This document shows, piece by piece, positions 57,462 through 64,000 of a DNA stretch of 64,000 nucleotides; the first letter of the stretch is position 1, and each line of letters begins with the position of its first letter. The position numbers and the translations under genes are program-made. The stretch covers positions 2,560,001 through 2,624,000 of the forward strand of contig CAWEEQ010000004.1 in NCBI GenBank assembly GCA_963808235.1, given 5' to 3'. The notes below the pieces were generated by a model. The model saw nothing but the letters and a program-made list of their open reading frames with translations, was not told the origin of the DNA and did not search any database. This DNA is from an uncultured delta proteobacterium (GTDB lineage Bacteria; Desulfobacterota; Binatia; Binatales; Binataceae).

Positions 57462-58646
57462 ATGACTCATTCGGTGCGGCTCGAACGAGACATTCCGGCT
57501 GACCTGGTCGAGGAGTTTCTCAAGAAACTGTCCTACATATCCGAGTCGCTATCCACCTATGATCTCGATCCGGCAGCGCGCGACAACGTCAGCTTCGAGC
57601 TTCGCCCTGGACATGACGCGCAATCGGAGTTGGTATCCAGTCGAATCCGCGAAGTCGCTGACAAGCTATGCAAGGGCCGCCGCCAGCCGAAGATTAAACT
57701 GCTAGTCAGTCGCAAGGATCGAGATATCTCGTTCAGCGCGGATCCTCATCCTCTGCTCGAGTCGATGGATGAGATTCGCAAGTACGGCGAAGGCCGCTTC
57801 GGCTTCGGTCCGCGGCTGGTCGAACTGATGAATCTGTTCGACCGCGACGTGTGCGCGATCGCCGATCGGATGCGCGCGGTTCCGCATCAGTTTCCGACTC
57901 TGATTGGCGCCGACGTTATGGACCGATGCCGCTATCTGCGCTCATTTCCCTCAGCGCTGACAATGGTTTCGCATCTGCGCGAGGACTTGGGCGCCATCCA
58001 GGACTTCGCAAACATCGCGGCGTGGGATGGCGAGAAGTTGGTCTGCGATCCGGCCACCTTGAGCACTATCCAATGCCTGCTCGCACCTTCGATATGCTTC
58101 CACTACTACGCGTGGCTGCAAAACCGCACCATCGATACGACAGTCGTCACCGCGATCGGAAAATGCTTCCGCTTCGAATCGAAGAGCATGGCCGGCCTGG
58201 AACGATTGTGGGACTTCACGATGCGTGAAGTGATATTCGCGGGGCCCGGCAAGTACGTACTCGACCAGAGACAAAGAGTAGTCGACGAAAGCGTCGCACT
58301 ACTCGACAAGTGGGAATTGGCCTACGAAATCAAAAGCGCGACCGACCCGTTTTTTATCGAAGACTACGCCGCGATGACCGCGTTTCAGTTGGCGTTCGAG
58401 TTGAAGTTCGAAATCCTCGCGCCGCTCCCCTACAAGCATAAGGACCTCGCGATCGGCTCCTTCAACTATCACCAGGATTTCTTCGGCCGCTCGTTCGCCA
58501 TCTCGGGGCAAAACAAAGAGCCCGTCCACACCAGTTGCGTCGGCTTCGGCCTCGAACGCGTCGCGCTGGCATTCCTTGCGCAACATGGCCTCAATCCGAA
58601 GCTATGGCCCGCCGCAATCGCAAATCAGATCCATAGCGCGTGGTAG
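57462..58646 (+). CDS. Amino acid--[carrier protein] ligase (class II aaRS / atypical SerRS homolog)
   Basis: LAPSICFHYY, CFRFE, R.WDFTMRE, ATDPFF, KFE, SFNYHQDFFG, HTSCVGFGLER; adjacent carrier protein. Confidence 0.85.
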   Translation: MTHSVRLERDIPADLVEEFLKKLSYISESLSTYDLDPAARDNVSFELRPGHDAQSELVSSRIREVADKLCKGRRQPKIKLLVSRKDRDISFSADPHPLLESMDEIRKYGEGRFGFGPRLVELMNLFDRDVCAIADRMRAVPHQFPTLIGADVMDRCRYLRSFPSALTMVSHLREDLGAIQDFANIAAWDGEKLVCDPATLSTIQCLLAPSICFHYYAWLQNRTIDTTVVTAIGKCFRFESKSMAGLERLWDFTMREVIFAGPGKYVLDQRQRVVDESVALLDKWELAYEIKSATDPFFIEDYAAMTAFQLAFELKFEILAPLPYKHKDLAIGSFNYHQDFFGRSFAISGQNKEPVHTSCVGFGLERVALAFLAQHGLNPKLWPAAIANQIHSAW

Positions 58647-58647
58647 C

Positions 58648-59148
58648 ATGATGGCAGATGATTCGACCGATACCAGCGTAGTCATTCGCGCCGCAAAGCC
58701 GGCCGACATCTATACAGTGGAGCCGCTTTGGATCGCCCTCTACAAGCACCAGAAGGACCACGGGATGCTGCTGGACTTGTCCGCATCGTCGTTCACTCAA
58801 TGGGCCGAAGCGATGAAGCCGGCGCTCGGACGTTTCACTTGTCTGTTCATTGCCGAGCACAGCGGAGGACCGATTGGATTTCTGGCCGGCAACCTTAAGA
58901 CCCTTCCTCCGTATTTCGGAGGCCACTTGATCGGTTTCGTAAGTGAAGTGTTCGTTGCCGATGCGCACCGCGGTAAGCAGGTCGGCCGCGATCTGGTCGA
59001 TACCGCGCTCCGATGGTTCAAGGCTCAGCGCGCGCATCGCGTCGAGCTGCAGGTGGTGATGAATAACTCGGGCGCTCGAAAGCTCTACAACAAGCTCGGC
59101 TGGAGCGAGGAGCTAGTTCAGATGGTCTGGAATTGGCCCGCGAAGTAG
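58648..59148 (+). CDS. GNAT family N-acetyltransferase
   Basis: VFV...HRGKQVGR.L acetyl-CoA motif, N..ARKLY.KLGW. Confidence 0.9.
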   Translation: MMADDSTDTSVVIRAAKPADIYTVEPLWIALYKHQKDHGMLLDLSASSFTQWAEAMKPALGRFTCLFIAEHSGGPIGFLAGNLKTLPPYFGGHLIGFVSEVFVADAHRGKQVGRDLVDTALRWFKAQRAHRVELQVVMNNSGARKLYNKLGWSEELVQMVWNWPAK

Positions 59149-60291
59149 CACATCCGTAATCTTGTTAGCCACGTACCAGCATAGGCATACGAAGACGTAG
59201 GTCCCCGCCGCACCCGCAATCTCCCGCATTCGATGTGAACCGATCGAATCCGCAAACGCGAAGCGCTCCTTGTGCGATCGATACCACACATAAACACAGA
59301 ACCCGATCCCATGCAGGATTCCCCACGTCGCCCAGTACAGGTTCATCCCGTGCCACAAGCCTACCGCGATAAATACCATCACCAGGTTGAAGTACGCATT
59401 TGCTTTCTTGAGTCCCCATCGATTGTAAAACAGGTAGTCGGTGCATATCCGGGTGACGGTCATGTTCCACCGCGCCCAGAAATCTCTTAGGTTCACTTGC
59501 CCGAATGGATAGTTGAAACTCGGCAATAATTTGATTCCCCAGAACAACGCCAGGCATTCCATAAGATGAAAGCCGCCGCTGGTGCTCAAGTAGAAACCCC
59601 ACGGACCGGTAACAAAAATTATGAACAGCTTCGGCCAGCGCGGCCCCGGATGATCTAACCCGACGGTTACTCGATTCAGGCCGGCGCCAATGATCATTTG
59701 TACGATCGCCAACGAAAGCTTTAGCCACCACTCTCGATTCACAACTTCAGTAGCCGTTCGCTTCGACTCGGCATTGCCGTATTGCGGAAAAAACTCGCTC
59801 GGGCGAATAAGCGGTCCAAGCAGCGTGAATGGAAACGTGATCCAGATCACGTAGTCGATAAAATCGAGCTTCTTCAAACGCCCCGATCCGAATTCCCACA
59901 AGAACGATATAGTTCGCAGCAGCAGCCACATGTCGTGGTCGGGCAGCGTCCATAAAACTCCAAATGCATGCACACTGAAGCGGTCCAGTAGATGCACGCT
60001 GCCGGCAAAGAAAATTGCGATCACCGCAATCATCGTGGCGCATGCGTACGTCCACCGCCGCTTCCCGAGTTTCGCCTCGAGAGGCGTGATCCTTTCGAGG
60101 AACCGCGCAAAACCGAACAGCAACAGTATCCAGAGCAGGTAGCCGAAGAACTGATTCCGATAAACGACAGTAGCGACTATCAAGCTGAGCGCTAGATAGC
60201 CATATCGGCGGCGAAGCAATGGCAGGCATATGACAGCCACTGCGCTTGCAATGACGGCGACTAGCGAGTACTCGGCTGCGATGAGCATCAT
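59113..60291 (-). CDS. MBOAT family O-acyltransferase (DltB/AlgI-like)
   Basis: FPFTLLGPL.R, FNYPF...NLRDFWARWNMT, GLWHG, WGILHG. Confidence 0.9.
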   Translation of the reverse strand: MMLIAAEYSLVAVIASAVAVICLPLLRRRYGYLALSLIVATVVYRNQFFGYLLWILLLFGFARFLERITPLEAKLGKRRWTYACATMIAVIAIFFAGSVHLLDRFSVHAFGVLWTLPDHDMWLLLRTISFLWEFGSGRLKKLDFIDYVIWITFPFTLLGPLIRPSEFFPQYGNAESKRTATEVVNREWWLKLSLAIVQMIIGAGLNRVTVGLDHPGPRWPKLFIIFVTGPWGFYLSTSGGFHLMECLALFWGIKLLPSFNYPFGQVNLRDFWARWNMTVTRICTDYLFYNRWGLKKANAYFNLVMVFIAVGLWHGMNLYWATWGILHGIGFCVYVWYRSHKERFAFADSIGSHRMREIAGAAGTYVFVCLCWYVANKITDVLLRGPIPDHLN

Positions 60292-60360
60292 CTGAGGTGG
60301 AAACTGTGGCTATATGGAGCCGAATCGCAAATCAAGATCTCCTCTAGACTCAAACCCTCG

Positions 60361-61542
60361 GTGAAGCGAGTAGCCCTAGTCTACGGGGCGCCTGCGGGAG
60401 TCGGTGGCCTTGGCGGTCAAGCTGCGAGCGCAATCCAGGCTTTGGCGATCGATGGCGTGGAACTCCATGCATTCGGCCCCGGCCACGCCGAGCGTTGGCC
60501 TCTCACCTGCGCTACACCTGGTATTTTCTGGCACGAAGCCCCCCGCCCGATTTCGCGCTGGAGAACGCAGTACACCCTGCTGCGATGGCGCCAGGGGCGG
60601 TTGGTATTCGAAAATAGTCGCGCGCTCGGACGCTGGGCGGCCGAGCAAATCGCGCGCCTCAAGCCGGATTGCTGCTACGTTTTCACACAAGTCGGCCTCG
60701 AGTCACTGAAGTGGGCCGCGCGCGCCTCGATTCCGACCGTGCTCGACAATCCGAATGGACATATCCGGAACTTCCGCCGGGTCTATGACCAGGAGTCCGC
60801 GCGATGGTGCGGCGCGTCATTTCATGGACACCCGACTGCGGCGATGGTCGAGCGGGTCGAGAATGAATACCTACTCGCCGGACGGATCCGCGTTTCCTCG
60901 CAATGGGCGAAGCGTTCGATGCTGTCTCATGGTGTGGCCGGCAAGGAGATCGGCGTGTTCGGCCAGCCAGTCGATCTGACCCGATACGCGCCGAACGCAA
61001 CCCCGGCGCAAGCCGAAGGCAGGCTCCGGGTCTGTTATGTGGGCGCTCTGGATCTCCGCAAAGGCTTCGTCTACCTCCTGCGCGCCGCAAAGATGCTCGG
61101 GGCGGATGCTATCGACCTGGAGATCGTCGGAGCAACCGGGGACCGCGCGAGCCGCATACTATTCGAGCACGAATCCGCCGGCGTTAACTTGCGGTGTGCT
61201 CCGGGCGATCCGATCCCGGCGTATCAGCGCGCCGAGCTGTTTGTATTGCCAACCCTCGAGGACGGTTTCGGCTTCGTCGTCGCGGAAGCAATGGCAAGCG
61301 GCCTGCCCGTCGTCGTGACCGACTGTTGCGGCGCGGCGGAGTGGGTGCGGCCGGGCGAGACCGGCTGGGTGGTGCCCGGCGGAGACGCCGAAGCATTGGC
61401 GGGGGCCTTCCGGGACGCGATACGTCGGCGCAAAGATCTTCGTGCGATGGGTCGGCGCGCTCGCTACGACGCGGAGAATCGCGGCGGCCTTCATTGTTCC
61501 GTTGCGCTGCGCCAATGGGTCTTCGGGGAAGCCCGGCACTGA
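60361..61542 (+). CDS. Glycosyltransferase family 4
   Basis: VGAL..RKG, EDGFGFVVAEAMASGLPV. Confidence 0.92.
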   Translation: MKRVALVYGAPAGVGGLGGQAASAIQALAIDGVELHAFGPGHAERWPLTCATPGIFWHEAPRPISRWRTQYTLLRWRQGRLVFENSRALGRWAAEQIARLKPDCCYVFTQVGLESLKWAARASIPTVLDNPNGHIRNFRRVYDQESARWCGASFHGHPTAAMVERVENEYLLAGRIRVSSQWAKRSMLSHGVAGKEIGVFGQPVDLTRYAPNATPAQAEGRLRVCYVGALDLRKGFVYLLRAAKMLGADAIDLEIVGATGDRASRILFEHESAGVNLRCAPGDPIPAYQRAELFVLPTLEDGFGFVVAEAMASGLPVVVTDCCGAAEWVRPGETGWVVPGGDAEALAGAFRDAIRRRKDLRAMGRRARYDAENRGGLHCSVALRQWVFGEARH

Positions 61543-61557
61543 GCCGGCGATTTCGCG

Positions 61558-62289
61558 ATGCCAACGCCAGCGTGGAAAAAGCTCGCGCGCATCGTCGCGT
61601 GGCCGCTGAGGTCGGGATGGCCCGACGAAGCGCGATGGGTAGTTCAGGGTCCGATATTCGGTCGCCTGATCAATAGCGCAACCCTCGGCGCGCCGCGCGG
61701 TTTGACGATTCTCAATGCAGGCGCCGGCGAAGGATCGTTTTCCCCGTTGCTGCTTGCGATCCCGGGCGCGGCGCATGTGGTCGAGATGGACTATTCATAC
61801 CGAACCGGTCCGCGCAGTGTCTCTGATACCCGCCAGCACGTGGTGGCCGCGTCGCTGACCAACATTCCGATCAAGTCCGCGTCTTTCGACTTCGTCTTGT
61901 GCAGCGAAGTCCTGGAGCACATCGACGACGACGCCTCGGCTCTCGATGAACTTTGCCGCGTGGTGGCTCCGGGCGGATGGCTGCTGATTTCTGTGCCTAC
62001 GCCGCCGGCGGTTTACGATCCCGACCATGCGCGCGAGGGTTACGCTGCGGCCGATCTGACCCGGATGCTGCGCGACCGCGGACTCGGCGTGGTCGAGGTC
62101 GCCTATTGCATGCACGGCGCTTTCAAACTGGTACTTCGCGGATGGCGCCGGTTCGGCCGTCTGCCGCGAGCTCTCTTGCTTGGCCTCGCGACCTTCGACC
62201 GGTTCTGCCGCATCGGCGCCCCCATGGACCTAATCGTGCTCTCGCGGCTTCCCAGCGGCGATGATCCACGACCCCTCACGAGTCAATAG
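61558..62289 (+). CDS. Class I SAM-dependent methyltransferase
   Basis: LNAGAGEG, FDFVLCSEVLEHI.DD, PGG.LLISVP. Confidence 0.9.
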   Translation: MPTPAWKKLARIVAWPLRSGWPDEARWVVQGPIFGRLINSATLGAPRGLTILNAGAGEGSFSPLLLAIPGAAHVVEMDYSYRTGPRSVSDTRQHVVAASLTNIPIKSASFDFVLCSEVLEHIDDDASALDELCRVVAPGGWLLISVPTPPAVYDPDHAREGYAAADLTRMLRDRGLGVVEVAYCMHGAFKLVLRGWRRFGRLPRALLLGLATFDRFCRIGAPMDLIVLSRLPSGDDPRPLTSQ

Positions 62290-64000
62290 CCTTCCACGAT
62301 TACCCAGCCCGTTTTCGTCGCGCTCATCGAGGCCGGTAGGGTCAGCGCCGTTGTCGAGGCGGTCGAGCCACCCGAGTCGTCGGCGGTGATCTTCGGCACG
62401 TTCGCGAATGCGATGGGATAGGTGATCGTCTGTGCTGTCGCGGTCGTGTTCTCATACCCGTTAAGAAAGACCACGACCTTCTTCACACTCGAGTCCATCG
62501 CCGGCTGGGACCATACCGCTGTCCCCGCCGTCGTTCCGTTGAGCGTCGTCTGGGTGCGGGTGCTGCCGCCAATCACCTGATATGGAACTCCCGCGCTGGT
62601 AAAGCTATTGCCGGATGGCGGCGTGGTAAGGTGAGCCTCGAAGGTCACGTTATCGAAAACCACCGCGCCGAAGATCGGCGGCGTACCGGTCAGGTTCGTG
62701 CCGTCAACGTAAGGGCCGGTGCCCGATACGTGCGTCATCTCGCCGTTGTGAATGCCAATTCCGCCAAGGATCTGACCGTCAAGCGTGATCACCGGGGCGT
62801 TGAAAGAGGCAAGCGAGCTATTCGACACTGACAGCCACGGCCCGGTAGGTTGGAGCATGTTCGGCACTTCGACAACTGTGAAGGTGCCGCCATTCTCGGA
62901 ATCGATCGAAGTCGAATCGACGTGCAGCCAACCAGGATCGATAATCGCCCACTTGGTGCTCGACGGGGTCAGAAAATATGAACCGCTGACGAGCGGGCCG
63001 TTGGTCTCGATACACGCACTGCCACAGGTGAAATTCAGATTGTAGAGCGGAGTCAGGCCGCCGTTTACCGACATGGCAATGGCAGCTCCGGGAGCTCCCG
63101 GGCCGCCGAACAGATTTCGCCCCGAGCCGCCGTAGTCGTTGATCTGATCGAGCATCAGACCGTATTGCGCGCCGTTAAAGCCGATGTTCTCCAGTTGCGG
63201 CGCGGTTACGTTGGCAATCAGGTTGAAGCTGCCGCCCGAGATCGTCAGGTCCTTGATATGCGGCTGATTGCCGCCCGCGTTACCCAGCCCGAAATTTCGC
63301 ATCATCATCCACGGCTGATCTTGCGCCGTCGACGCGAGGTTGCCACCGGCCAGGAAATATCCTTCCGGACTTACCAACGGCAGGCTGGTGTTACTCCAGT
63401 TTTCAAGCAGGACCGTGTTTGCATCGTTTGCCAGCTTCGAATTTGGCGCCGTGCAGCCACCAGAGTCGTTGGTGCATCGAGCGGAGTTGCTGAGTCGGAC
63501 CGAGTCCATCTTGCCCTGAAAATTCTCCTGCGGAACCAGCAGATGCCAATATTCCACGTCAGAGCCAAGCACCAGGTCCTCATCGACGCGCTGTGACACC
63601 GTGCCAGTCATCGCAATCTTGCCGTCTGAAGTGAGTGCCGCTCCGGGGATGGCGTGGTAGAACCGGGCATTGGAGCCGTCGTAGGAGAGTTGATAGTAGT
63701 AAGTCGTGTTCGCTGATAGTGCGGCGGCAGTCTTGAACGTGCTCGCGCCGACCCATCCCGTAGTGCTGGTATGAAAACGCGCTTTCAGCTTGCTGTCAGC
63801 GCCATCCCAGAACACTTCAAACGCACCCTTGCAACTTGGTGGACTTGCGCCGTCGCTCGGAAACTGACTGCATCCCGTCGCGACCGGCGCCACCGCTCCC
63901 AGGCTGCCGATCAGCATCTGCGTCGCACCAGCGTTCGTCGTCGTGAAGAAGCCCTCCGCCGTGAACGCTGCAAGACCGTTCAACGCGCGATTACCCAGCG
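62283..64000 (-). CDS. Large LamG-like + beta-helix-like protein (5' end outside window)
   Basis: Frame open to the window edge; LSYDGS...F.G.MDSVRLSN.AR (LamG), Gly/Asn/Ser-rich beta-helix-like middle, tail-fibre-like C-terminus. Confidence 0.7.
   Translation of the reverse strand, partial: LGNRALNGLAAFTAEGFFTTTNAGATQMLIGSLGAVAPVATGCSQFPSDGASPPSCKGAFEVFWDGADSKLKARFHTSTTGWVGASTFKTAAALSANTTYYYQLSYDGSNARFYHAIPGAALTSDGKIAMTGTVSQRVDEDLVLGSDVEYWHLLVPQENFQGKMDSVRLSNSARCTNDSGGCTAPNSKLANDANTVLLENWSNTSLPLVSPEGYFLAGGNLASTAQDQPWMMMRNFGLGNAGGNQPHIKDLTISGGSFNLIANVTAPQLENIGFNGAQYGLMLDQINDYGGSGRNLFGGPGAPGAAIAMSVNGGLTPLYNLNFTCGSACIETNGPLVSGSYFLTPSSTKWAIIDPGWLHVDSTSIDSENGGTFTVVEVPNMLQPTGPWLSVSNSSLASFNAPVITLDGQILGGIGIHNGEMTHVSGTGPYVDGTNLTGTPPIFGAVVFDNVTFEAHLTTPPSGNSFTSAGVPYQVIGGSTRTQTTLNGTTAGTAVWSQPAMDSSVKKVVVFLNGYENTTATAQTITYPIAFANVPKITADDSGGSTASTTALTLPASMSATKTGWVIVEGY

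Noticed and set aside
57462-58646. Housekeeping seryl-tRNA synthetase
   Set aside because: No bacterial SerRS coiled-coil arm; motifs and the adjacent carrier protein fit aa:CP ligases.
1-64000. tRNA, rRNA, integrase or intact transposase genes
   Set aside because: None recognised by eye.

Overview
GC-rich bacterial chromosome segment; the gene content and style suggest a Deltaproteobacteria-like lineage such as Ca. Binatia (inference only). About 1-25 kb is mostly housekeeping: a YyaL/DUF255 protein, CAP protein, O-methyltransferase, MBL hydrolase, a small Dam-methylase islet, an AAA/VWA pair, pheA-hisC-tyrA-cmk-rpsA-ihfB-HIT, mutL-miaA-accA and rpmB. It includes an ArsC-family gene missed by the ORF track whose catalytic codon 12 is an in-frame TGA (probable selenoprotein). 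About 25-29 kb holds two tandem secreted FecR-domain paralogs and a secreted protein. From about 29 kb to the window end is a large Wzx/Wzy exopolysaccharide locus (WecA fusion, seven GT4s, GT9, epimerase, flippase, polymerase, ligase-TPR, Wzc, Wza) with two unusual accessory modules. (1) HprK-like kinase, then a single ORF fusing a PqqD/RRE domain, an internal twin-arginine signal and a six-Cys inhibitor-cystine-knot-like peptide (C-x6-C-x5-CC-x4-C-x6-C), then a nucleotidyltransferase and a GT-C-like membrane protein: a candidate RiPP-like bacterial knottin system. (2) Carrier protein, class II aaRS-like amino acid:carrier-protein ligase, GNAT and MBOAT: a candidate Dlt-like glycan aminoacylation system that uses an aaRS paralog instead of DltA. 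All calls rest on motif recognition by eye; no searches were run.
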